Both the position numbers and the translations under genes were made by a program. Below are positions 55,915-64,000 of a stretch of 64,000 bases of DNA, one piece after another. Each line of letters starts with the position of its first letter. Positions within the stretch are counted from its first letter, which is position 1. The DNA is from an uncultured Methanosarcinales archaeon. Lineage in GTDB: Archaea > Nanobdellota > Nanobdellia > Woesearchaeales > GW2011-AR4. Location: assembly GCA_964564925.1 (NCBI GenBank), contig CAZMBY010000001.1, positions 37,929 through 101,928 of the forward strand. Direction: 5' to 3'. The notes beneath the pieces are model-generated. The model did not search any database. It saw nothing but the letters and a program-made list of their open reading frames with translations, and was not told the origin of the DNA.

Positions 55915-57489
55915 TTACAATTGACCGCTCAAGAATTTCTTGTACGCTTCAATAGCTTCCTTGCTTTTTGTCGCCTTTCCGTATGGCCCTCCTGAATCAA
56001 TTGGCTCCTGCCAGGCAAAGATATTGACAAGCGAAGCGCCATGCGAAAAAAAGTTTGAGAGATACTGTTCCCACGATAGGCCAACTGCTCCACTCCCAAC
56101 GGCAGTGTTCGTCCCTTCTGCCATTGCCCAGTGCGGATTACCCTGCCTTTCCAGCTCGTTGTAGATATTTGCAAAAGTCGCTTCAGTACCATTTACTTTC
56201 AAAATATTAGGATAAACACTAAACCCGGCCCGGGCGTTTGCAGTAAAGCCAACTGAAGGCACAGCATGCCCAACCATAGCTGAATATGAAAAATTAGTAA
56301 TATCTGTTTGCTTTTTAATCTGATCGATAAAGGAGGGAGTAAACAATTCTCTTGGAGGGAAGGCAATGTGGCTGTAAATCCTATCCTTTGGAATACCTGA
56401 TAAAAATAAACTATTCGTCCATAAATCAATCCAATTATTGAGAACTTCTTCCAATGCCTTGTCGAAATCAGCAGGCGGGTTTGAGGCGCTGTATCCTGAG
56501 TTTGTTAGCGAACAGTAGCCTATCCTCTTTTTCACAATTTTCAGATTATTCGCTGCATCGTCATTCTTTCCAATATAGCTCGGGTCAGGAAGATGAGTCT
56601 CCCAGCCGGCTATGACCCCGGCAAAAAGAGATTCCTTGTGTTTTGCTACAAGCCCATCTATTCCTTTTTTTATTTCTGCTCCGATGACATCCTTGGCAAT
56701 GCGCCTGATTTCTTGGCGAAGTGTCGGGCTTGAATAGCACATCTGAGGAGCAAGTTTTATATTAATCCAGCCAACAAAGCGCTGGGGATGAATCGTTCCA
56801 TCCCAATCAGTCCATTCCACATTTTGTGGATCGCTCCACAAATCCTTTCGGTTAATCCAAAACATCGAATCGTCAATGTGAAACGCAACTGCCACATTTT
56901 TCTCCTCGGCAATTTTGAATGATTCTCGAATCATAGTACGCAATTCCTCATCGGTGTGGTCAAGCGCCAAAGGCCCAATCGAAACTCCAAGCTGGCGCGT
57001 CTTTCCATCTCCGCGATTATTATTAACTGCCTTAAGAATATCATCAATATTATTTCTTATGTCTTTTCCATCAAAAGGCTGTGTTTTTCCTTCAGGGCTT
57101 GGCGCATATGTAAAAAGCTGGAAAATGAGATATTGTATTTCATCGCTTTTAATACTTGGAAATTGAGAGTTAGTTTGTGTAAAATTTTTATTGATATCGA
57201 TTTCTTTTTCGCTTTCAAGCATTTCAATTGCCTTGTCTAATACCGCTTCAGCTTCTTTATATTTTCCAGATTTCATCAGCGGATCAATTTCCTGAAGAAT
57301 CGCTGAAATTGGAGATGGATTTTTTCCTTCACTTACCCATTTTTCCATGCCTTTTTGTACTTGTTCTGCTTTTTTCGGAAAGCTTTCTGGAGGATGATTT
57401 GAAAAAATTAAAAAAGCAACCACAGAAATAATCAAAACTCCGATAACTATAAAAACAATTTTTGTTTTCATCAGGTTTTTATCGCACAA
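55915..57489 (-). CDS. Membrane-anchored protein: same N-terminal anchor+linker as 54627..55910, fused to a ~400-aa conserved domain also found at the C-terminus of 60120..63560
   Basis: N-terminal 'MKTKIVFIVIGVLIISVVAFLIF…AEQVQKGMEKWVSEG…LQEIDPLMKSGKYKEAEAVLDKAIEMLE' parallels the neighbour's N-terminus. C-terminal domain motifs 'GPLALDHTDEELRTMIRESFKIAEEKNVAVAFHIDDSMFW', 'VEWTDWDG' and 'GWETHLPDP' match the 1146-aa protein. Fold unknown (possibly glycosidase-like). Confidence 0.7.
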   Translation of the reverse strand: MCDKNLMKTKIVFIVIGVLIISVVAFLIFSNHPPESFPKKAEQVQKGMEKWVSEGKNPSPISAILQEIDPLMKSGKYKEAEAVLDKAIEMLESEKEIDINKNFTQTNSQFPSIKSDEIQYLIFQLFTYAPSPEGKTQPFDGKDIRNNIDDILKAVNNNRGDGKTRQLGVSIGPLALDHTDEELRTMIRESFKIAEEKNVAVAFHIDDSMFWINRKDLWSDPQNVEWTDWDGTIHPQRFVGWINIKLAPQMCYSSPTLRQEIRRIAKDVIGAEIKKGIDGLVAKHKESLFAGVIAGWETHLPDPSYIGKNDDAANNLKIVKKRIGYCSLTNSGYSASNPPADFDKALEEVLNNWIDLWTNSLFLSGIPKDRIYSHIAFPPRELFTPSFIDQIKKQTDITNFSYSAMVGHAVPSVGFTANARAGFSVYPNILKVNGTEATFANIYNELERQGNPHWAMAEGTNTAVGSGAVGLSWEQYLSNFFSHGASLVNIFAWQEPIDSGGPYGKATKSKEAIEAYKKFLSGQL

Positions 57490-58963
57490 TCACAGACACA
57501 GTCGTTTTCATCATATTTCCAGCGGCATCAAACGCCTTGGCTTTCAGCTTATATGCCTTGGCGACCTTCGGAGTCCATGTGCATTTGTATGGTGGAGCTG
57601 AAACGGTGCAAAGAAGTTCTGTATCAGCGAGGAATTCCACATGTGTAACTCCGATGTTATCCGATGCAGTTGCTTTGATGATAGTTGATATTCCTTTCTT
57701 AATGACGGCTTTATTCAACGGTTTGGTTATGGAGACGGAAGGAATCTGGTTGTCTGGTGGAAAATTATTACATAGAGGGAAATTGAAAGTTTTTCCTGTG
57801 GGAGGGATTGCAACGGCGATGGAGCCAACTGGATACCAATAAGCCGAACGTTTAGTGCCCGCAAAGTAAAGAAGCGGCTTACATGAAGATTCATCAAGGA
57901 AAAACGAAGGCGTCCCATGAAACCACGAGTCCCAATCCTGGCCGGATAGTCGAGTGATAGGAATAAACTGTGCATCCCATAAACTGTTTTTATCCCGCGA
58001 ACGGCCCTGGATTCCGAAGTATGTTTCCGCAGACCCACCGAAACCGTTTTGAAGTACTACGACTTGCATTTCGTCATACATTAACTTCGGAGTGTTTAAG
58101 TCGGCCGTGCCGACGGTATCCATCTGCTCGGTCCGAATGGGTGATGACTCTGGTAACTGATCTAATCTTGTTACAGGCGTGCTTTGAAATACTTTTGAAA
58201 AAACATCAAACCATAATCTTGTCTCGCCCAGACTAATCCATTGCAGGTCTGGTCGCGAATACCCAGTATGATTCGCATCACACGCGCTCAAACCATTTAG
58301 ATATTTATCATTTCGGAAGAGCAGATTATAATTCTTATCAAAGGAGGCAATGCCAATATTTCCGCAACTATCTCCATTTGGAATTTCCGGATGCCACTCG
58401 GCAGCGGTATAGAGAACCCACAAATTTTTTTCACCGGAAGTTGCAGAATCTTGCACAAATAGCGAGGGATCGTTCACCTGATGGATGATACCGGTAGGCC
58501 ATTGAGTCGAACTTGTCTCACATGCCTTGTGATCGGGCCGGAGAATGAATTTTTTGAATGTCCAATTAAGACCATCACTCGACTCTGCAAGCCCAATCGC
58601 ATCCTGTGAGCCAGGACCACATGGAATAACACCGGCACCGAACATCATGACATACTTGCCGTTGTACTTTACGACGCTTGGTGAATAGATAGTTACGATT
58701 CCCAGTTGAGTTCCCAATGGCTCTAATCCAGTAGTCGGAATATCTTCAATTCCAAAAATCTTCTTATATGTCCAATTTACATTTTTTAATTGATTGATGA
58801 TTGACTCTGTCGGTAGCGGAAGTTTATTAGCCCTTCCAACTAAATTGCGTGAGTTTTCAGAATAAATGAAACTCATTGAATCATCTTGAAAGTCATGAAA
58901 TGAGAAAAAAGTGAAAATTGTAGCTGAGAATAAAACCAGAAAAAGAGAAGTTAAATTTTTCAT
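57479..58963 (-). CDS. Secreted five-bladed beta-propeller glycoside-hydrolase-like protein (GH43/GH32 clan-like) with C-terminal Ig-like domain
   Basis: Signal 'LFLVLFSATIFTFFSF'. 'VTIYSPSVVKYNGKYVMMFGA' and 'QVNDPSLF' resemble GH43-type propeller motifs. The C-terminal ~90 aa are Big/Ig-like ('..ATASDNIGVTHVEFLADTELLCTVSAPPYKCTWTP'). Confidence 0.5.
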   Translation of the reverse strand: MKNLTSLFLVLFSATIFTFFSFHDFQDDSMSFIYSENSRNLVGRANKLPLPTESIINQLKNVNWTYKKIFGIEDIPTTGLEPLGTQLGIVTIYSPSVVKYNGKYVMMFGAGVIPCGPGSQDAIGLAESSDGLNWTFKKFILRPDHKACETSSTQWPTGIIHQVNDPSLFVQDSATSGEKNLWVLYTAAEWHPEIPNGDSCGNIGIASFDKNYNLLFRNDKYLNGLSACDANHTGYSRPDLQWISLGETRLWFDVFSKVFQSTPVTRLDQLPESSPIRTEQMDTVGTADLNTPKLMYDEMQVVVLQNGFGGSAETYFGIQGRSRDKNSLWDAQFIPITRLSGQDWDSWFHGTPSFFLDESSCKPLLYFAGTKRSAYWYPVGSIAVAIPPTGKTFNFPLCNNFPPDNQIPSVSITKPLNKAVIKKGISTIIKATASDNIGVTHVEFLADTELLCTVSAPPYKCTWTPKVAKAYKLKAKAFDAAGNMMKTTVSVIVR

Positions 58964-59027
58964 TTCGTAAATTAATCCTTATACCCATTTAATAAATTTT
59001 TGGTTTCGTGTGGTTTTCCAAAAAAGA

Positions 59028-60107
59028 TTATTGGAGCATCTTTGCTCTCCACGGTCTTCTGCCGGCTCCATATGCGAACGGCAGGAGCACTCTTGGGTTG
59101 CTGCCGTCGGCATTCATTATCCATGTTTGAGCGCCGCTATTGTTCTTATAGGGGTTGGGGTTGCGATTGGATTCAAATATAATGCTCTTTCCGTCTGGGG
59201 ACCAGCTAGGATTATCACTATTAATATTAACCTGGGTCTCGAAGGTAATCTGTGTGCGGCCTGTGCCGTCGGCATTTATCACCCAAATATTCCCGTACTC
59301 TGTCTCGTACCCAGACCAAAAAGCAATCTTTTTTCCGTCCGGAGACCATGCCGGAGCATTGGCATCAGGAGCGGTAGGGTTTTCTGGAAACGTGAGCTGT
59401 GTCTGGTTCGTTCCGTCGGCATTCATCACCCATATCTCGGAGTTGCCGCTCTGGGTTGACGCGTAAGCTATTCTCTTTCCATCGGGGGAAAATGAAGAAT
59501 GGATGCTCCACCTTATGGGGCCATGAGTCCTCGTGAATGAACTCTTGGTAGTGGTCGTCAGCTGACGCTTATCAGTACCATCACTATTCATGACCACAAT
59601 TTCAGGATGGCCGCTTTGAATGGAAGCATACATGACCTTTGAACCATCAGGGGAGAATGCAGGCGAAATTCCACCATCAGGGGGAAACGTCAACTGCTTT
59701 TTATTTCTGCCATCTGCATCCATTGTCCATATCTGCGGATTTTCTCCTTGCTTCTGCATATAAACGATTCTGTTGCCATCATAAGACCAAGCAGGCAATC
59801 CGTTCATTCCTCCGTTCGTCAGATTGCGCCTACCGCTTCCATCAATCTGTATTACGAATATATCTGACGTACTACTATCACCGGGATCCGCAGAAAATGA
59901 ACCACTTCCCATGACTAACTCTCCAGAGGAGTATTGCAAATCTTTCAGTGAACTATTTTTTTCTGTTGGCTCGGGTCGCTGGGATATTGGGAACGTACCA
60001 GAACCAGGCGACATGGCTGGAGAATTCAAAAGCAATAAATACCCTGCGCCAAGAAGCATGAGAACTCCGATTACAATAAATACGATCTTCATGGAATTGG
60101 CTGCCAC
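59028..60107 (-). CDS. Membrane-anchored TolB-like (PD40) beta-propeller protein
   Basis: TM 'IVFIVIGVLMLLGAGYLLLL', then 'PAWSYDGNRIVYMQ', 'PAFSPDGSKVMYAS', 'SSFSPDGKRIAYAS', 'PAWSPDGKKIAFWS' and 'PSWSPDGKSIIFES'. Confidence 0.75.
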   Translation of the reverse strand: MAANSMKIVFIVIGVLMLLGAGYLLLLNSPAMSPGSGTFPISQRPEPTEKNSSLKDLQYSSGELVMGSGSFSADPGDSSTSDIFVIQIDGSGRRNLTNGGMNGLPAWSYDGNRIVYMQKQGENPQIWTMDADGRNKKQLTFPPDGGISPAFSPDGSKVMYASIQSGHPEIVVMNSDGTDKRQLTTTTKSSFTRTHGPIRWSIHSSFSPDGKRIAYASTQSGNSEIWVMNADGTNQTQLTFPENPTAPDANAPAWSPDGKKIAFWSGYETEYGNIWVINADGTGRTQITFETQVNINSDNPSWSPDGKSIIFESNRNPNPYKNNSGAQTWIMNADGSNPRVLLPFAYGAGRRPWRAKMLQ

Positions 60108-60119
60108 GCGGCATCTCCT

Positions 60120-63100
60120 CTACTCGGAAAGATTCTTGCCATTTAGGAATTTTTTATACGCCTTGATGGAATCTGGCCCTTCTGTCGCAATGCGGAAAGG
60201 ATCGTTCTTTGTTGCATTGCCGCCGATGCCCCATGCAAATATATTAACCAAAGTTGCTCCATGCCCGAACATCCTCGCAAGATAAGATTCCATGGAGCTT
60301 CGCTGATAATCCATATTTGTTCCCTCGGCCATAGCCCATGATGGATTGCCGCTGATGCCGAAAAGCTCATAGAGTTCATCAATCCCACCAGTAGAATACA
60401 AACTATAACCCGGATGCAGGTATTCGCTTATTACAACTTCCGGAGGTGCAGACCAAACCATTTGTGAATATGTTTCATTATATTTTAATTCACCTTTTGA
60501 TTTTTTATCATTATATGCGACTTTAGGAAAGAATGCCACATGGCCATAAACCTTTTCCTTTTGGACACCTCCTGCTATAAGGTTTTTTGCCCAAAGCTCG
60601 ATAAATTCATGGACGATTTTCTCTCGTTCCTTATCAAGATCAGGAGGTGGGTTTGTCTTGTTGAAGCCGCGATTAGTGAATCCACAATAACCGAGAACCT
60701 TGTCTTCGGCATCAAAATCCCTCCCCATACCAGTTTCCCATCCGGTAATGACTCCTGCAAGTAAATCCTGTTTCCCTTTTTTTGTAAGTCGATTAACACC
60801 ATCCGCTATTTCTTGGCCAATGACATCGCGCGCAAGCCGCTTCACTTCCTGCTTGACAGCTTTGCTGTTAAAACACATCTGAGGCCCGATTTTAACGGGT
60901 TGAGGGCCCCAAGCGAGTTTTAGCCCAGTGCTTGGCTTGCCATTCCAATTGCGCCATTCGACGTTTTGGGAGTTGCTCCAGAGGTCGCTCCTTCTAACCC
61001 AGAATTTAGAATCGTCAATATGAAAGCCGATAGATACATTTTTCTCGAGCGCAATAGCAAATGAATCCCTTATAATCTGCCTCATTTGCTCATCAGTCTG
61101 ATCGAGCGCTAAAGGCCCCATGATGAATCCAAGTTTTCTTTCATTGTTTCCTTTTGTGCCAATGGTGTCAATGACGTTTTGAATCATTCCAGCCATAGCG
61201 GTTTTTGATGGAGGGGCTTTCATGGGTGATTCACCGATAGGAACTGCTGGATCATGGTCGGAAGTGAAGATTTGAAAAGTAAGGTATTGGATTGCATTGC
61301 TAGTAGGAGGAGCAACATCTTTGGGTATCCACTTAGGAGCGTTCGCTTGCGCTTTGATTCTGGTTGGAATTTGCTTCGCCCCGTCCAAACTAACCACTGA
61401 TGCGAATGCGCCTTGGTCAGTAATTTCCGTGAAGAGCGCATCACTACCATTTAGGTTCGGAGCTATTGTAAGAAATGCGGGTTTTGTAAGACGGCGTAGT
61501 CCTGTGGTATCAATATTGATGATCCAGAGATTATTTTTATACGGGCCGGTTCCGGGAATCGTACTCGGCTGGTCGGAATTCCAGCGGCTGAATACGACTC
61601 TCTGATTGTCAGATGAGACCTCTGGATCATGGACGCTTGCGACTCCAAGAGGGCCTGCGTTGTCGATGACCATTCGAGGATTAGTACCATCGGAATTCAT
61701 AACCCACAGCTGGTCATAATTCTTGCCCGCAGGAACCCGAAGAAATGCAACCAAGCTGCCATCTTCAGAGACGCCAGGGTCTCCTTCGCGCGAGTTAGGT
61801 GTATCGGTAAGTTGGGTCAGGCCGGTGCCATCGTATTTAATCTTGTAGAGTTCAATAGCATAGGCATCGTCCGGGCTCAGATCGCGAGATCCAGCAAAGT
61901 ATATGAAGCCATGCTGATCAAAACCAACCCCGCCATCTCCTGCAGCGGCGAACTCCGGTACAAGCTGCGCTTCTGTCCCCTTTTCAAGGTCAAAAAGGAA
62001 CATCCGAGCGAGACCGGCATCGTTGCCAAGCAGAGGACGGGGATGGTCATCTATAACCACATATCGGTGATCATATGAGACGGCAACATGCTCAATATTC
62101 CTCGGATTTTCAAAAGTGATTTGAGCTAAATTTCCCCCACTTCTATTCATAGTATAGATAAGACCATTAGAGTGGTACACGATATCAGCATTATCCGGAA
62201 TTTTGCCGAGTTTGACTGGTGTGGGGAGGGAAATACTAATTTCAACAGTATTTTTTACCGGCTGCCATGAAAGCCCGTCAATAGTCCCTTTTGCCCTGAA
62301 AAGAAGCCGTTTATCTGAGCCGTTTGGGCCAACGGCTACAACAGAAATTGCATCTCCAGGCTCCAAGCCACAACTGCGTTCAACAGGATCCCCCTTTTCA
62401 TCAGCGCAGCCAGAATGAATGATTGTGCTTCCATCAGGGGACCATTTAGGGTCATCGCCTGTGCCAAGTTTTCTTTGGTTGCTGCCGTCAGCGTTCATAA
62501 TCCAGACATCGCGTGGCAGGCCACGCCTGGGATCAGTGGCTTCAACGCCAGCCCAATACGCTATGTATTTGCCGTCAGGAGACCACGCAGGAACCTTCTG
62601 TTCAATATCTGCTTGCAGTTTTTCGTCGTAGTATGCCCTCGTGAGAAGCTTTGGATTCTTTCCCTTTGCATTCATAACCCAAATCTGATACCTGCCACCA
62701 TCCCGATTTGAGGTGAAAGCAATTTTTGTTCCATCTGGAGACCAAGTCGGAATATTGTCATCAAAGGGCCCTAGCGTAATCTGCCGACGGTTTGAGCCAT
62801 TTGAATTCATTACCCAGATTTTTAGGGCTTGAGATCCGGTATTGCTTGAATAGGCGATTTTCTGGCCATCAGGGGACCACGAAGGCGCCAGAGCACCGAC
62901 ACCAGCAAGTGTCTCAGTTAACTGTTTCTTATTATCGCCATTAGAGTCCATGACCCAAATTTGCATACCTCCGGATTGACGTGAAACGTAAGCAATTTTT
63001 TTGCCATCAGGAGACCATGCAGGCATCCAACTATGGTTATTGTCACTTGTCAGCTGTTTCCAACTTGACCCATTAGAGGTAACACTAAATATCTGAACTT

Positions 63101-63560
63101 GACCTTGCGCATCTTTATCTGCTATTGTTATCAGCCCGTTCGAGTTTTTTGATGCCTGATTAACATTCAAAACTCCAAGGCTATTTGATTGCTGGCAACA
63201 TTTGCTTGATGAATCAGCAAAAGTGCTGCAGCGGACAGTTCCTCCCGTATTTCCTGCTGTGCAGTCAAAATTGGCTTTTGTTCCATTAAATCCGATAAAT
63301 TTGCATGTTCCTGAAGGTATTTCTGGAGAAATGCAATCCACAACCTTGCCAAAATTGCATGATATAGTATACTTTTCACCGTTTGATACATGCGAGGCAT
63401 TCATACTTCCGCCAATGTAAGACAGGGATTTGCATTTGGCAGCTGAGCTGGCTTTTCCTGACAAGTCACTGTTTTCTGTTAGTAAGCTGCATCCAATCAA
63501 AGCAAGAGAAAATGAAACTAAAAAAAGAAATATTTTTGATCTCTTCATTTGAAATCTCAT
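60120..63560 (-). CDS. 1146-aa lipoprotein/secreted fusion: Cys-rich N-terminal module + TolB-like beta-propeller(s) + C-terminal ~400-aa domain paralogous to 55915..57489
   Basis: Signal plus 'LIGCS' lipobox-like. Blades 'PAWSPDGKKIAYVS', 'PSWSPDGQKIAYSS', 'PTWSPDGTKIAFTS', 'PAWSPDGKYIAYWAG', 'PKWSPDGSTIIHSG'. C-terminal 'GPLALDQTDEQMRQIIRDSFAIALEKNVSIGFHIDDSKFW…VEWRNWNG…GWETGM'. Confidence 0.8.
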   Translation of the reverse strand: MRFQMKRSKIFLFLVSFSLALIGCSLLTENSDLSGKASSAAKCKSLSYIGGSMNASHVSNGEKYTISCNFGKVVDCISPEIPSGTCKFIGFNGTKANFDCTAGNTGGTVRCSTFADSSSKCCQQSNSLGVLNVNQASKNSNGLITIADKDAQGQVQIFSVTSNGSSWKQLTSDNNHSWMPAWSPDGKKIAYVSRQSGGMQIWVMDSNGDNKKQLTETLAGVGALAPSWSPDGQKIAYSSNTGSQALKIWVMNSNGSNRRQITLGPFDDNIPTWSPDGTKIAFTSNRDGGRYQIWVMNAKGKNPKLLTRAYYDEKLQADIEQKVPAWSPDGKYIAYWAGVEATDPRRGLPRDVWIMNADGSNQRKLGTGDDPKWSPDGSTIIHSGCADEKGDPVERSCGLEPGDAISVVAVGPNGSDKRLLFRAKGTIDGLSWQPVKNTVEISISLPTPVKLGKIPDNADIVYHSNGLIYTMNRSGGNLAQITFENPRNIEHVAVSYDHRYVVIDDHPRPLLGNDAGLARMFLFDLEKGTEAQLVPEFAAAGDGGVGFDQHGFIYFAGSRDLSPDDAYAIELYKIKYDGTGLTQLTDTPNSREGDPGVSEDGSLVAFLRVPAGKNYDQLWVMNSDGTNPRMVIDNAGPLGVASVHDPEVSSDNQRVVFSRWNSDQPSTIPGTGPYKNNLWIINIDTTGLRRLTKPAFLTIAPNLNGSDALFTEITDQGAFASVVSLDGAKQIPTRIKAQANAPKWIPKDVAPPTSNAIQYLTFQIFTSDHDPAVPIGESPMKAPPSKTAMAGMIQNVIDTIGTKGNNERKLGFIMGPLALDQTDEQMRQIIRDSFAIALEKNVSIGFHIDDSKFWVRRSDLWSNSQNVEWRNWNGKPSTGLKLAWGPQPVKIGPQMCFNSKAVKQEVKRLARDVIGQEIADGVNRLTKKGKQDLLAGVITGWETGMGRDFDAEDKVLGYCGFTNRGFNKTNPPPDLDKEREKIVHEFIELWAKNLIAGGVQKEKVYGHVAFFPKVAYNDKKSKGELKYNETYSQMVWSAPPEVVISEYLHPGYSLYSTGGIDELYELFGISGNPSWAMAEGTNMDYQRSSMESYLARMFGHGATLVNIFAWGIGGNATKNDPFRIATEGPDSIKAYKKFLNGKNLSE

Positions 63561-63799
63561 TTTTCTTTATCTGAGTAGCAGATTAATATAGTTTTGGTTT
63601 TTATTTTTACTTTAATGTTTATGTTAAACGGCAGAAATAGAGGCAAGGAACATCAATCTATTTTATTGTGGCAATATTTAAATATTGTATATAGTTAGCA
63701 ACTTCCATGTTTATGCTAATAAAACTTGTAGATAGGTACATAGGGGGCTTTATCTGTAATTTTCTTGGATTTTTCAATAGGAAGAAGCAGATTGAAGGG

Positions 63800-64000
63800 A
63801 TGGAATTTGGCAAGATACTGGTTGTGCAGCTTTGGGGAATTGGGGAAACAATCCTGACTTTGCCGGCCATTGAAGCCCTGAGGAAGAAGTATCCCAAAGC
63901 AGAGATAAATGTGCTTGCAACTTCAAGAAACAAAGATGTTTTCTTTAAAAATGGAAACTTGGATAAGATTGTGGAAATGAAAGTGAATCCATTCTCTGTA
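63800..64000 (+). CDS. Partial (N-terminal) GT9-family glycosyltransferase (heptosyltransferase-like)
   Basis: 'KILVVQLWGIGETILTLPAIEALRKKYPKAEINVLA' matches the GT9 N-terminal pattern (ILvirlgalGDvilTlPalraLr…P.A.I). The ORF is truncated by the window end. Confidence 0.5.
   Translation, partial: MEFGKILVVQLWGIGETILTLPAIEALRKKYPKAEINVLATSRNKDVFFKNGNLDKIVEMKVNPFSV

Noticed and set aside
63658-63933. 91-aa minus-strand ORF at the window end
   Set aside because: It overlaps the better-supported GT9-like N-terminus on the plus strand and the AT-rich promoter region, and it is featureless.

Overview
Low-GC archaeal window with an intron-containing tRNA-Trp, class-III-signal-peptide pilins, FlaI/FlaJ-type secretion machinery, AglB, geranylgeranyl reductase, Lrp/AsnC, KaiC-like ATPases and SAHH. 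The lineage is probably an uncultivated, possibly DPANN-like archaeon; all calls are from reading the sequence and ORF track, with no searches run. Cell-surface biology dominates: (1) a 3871-aa heavily N-glycosylated giant surface protein (615-12230) with Ig-like modules, a 1.28-kb tandem internal duplication and an embedded parallel beta-helix repeat array. Its 3' ~400 bp is near-identical to the 3' end of a small downstream paralog (14236-15180), and a HEPN/MNT toxin-antitoxin pair plus a third 3'-end remnant lie between them. A tandem sigma70-region-4-like HTH protein is translationally coupled upstream. (2) A ~12-kb type IV pilus-like locus (26.1-38.6 kb) with FlaI-like ATPase, two separate FlaJ/TadBC-like platform genes, short pilins and a 1161-aa pilin-like VWA-domain protein. 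(3) A second giant (1415 aa) S-layer-like glycoprotein and a 799-aa repeat protein, both with C-terminal TM anchors. (4) An N-glycosylation cluster (geranylgeranyl reductase, AglB, Dol-P glycosyltransferase, small membrane protein). (5) A higher-GC, bacterial-looking island (54.5-64 kb) of membrane-anchored TolB-like beta-propeller proteins with domain shuffling, a GH43-like hydrolase and a partial GT9 heptosyltransferase, plus a smaller foreign-looking insertion at 38.6-39.8 kb. No CRISPR arrays, rRNA genes or obvious transposases/integrases were seen.
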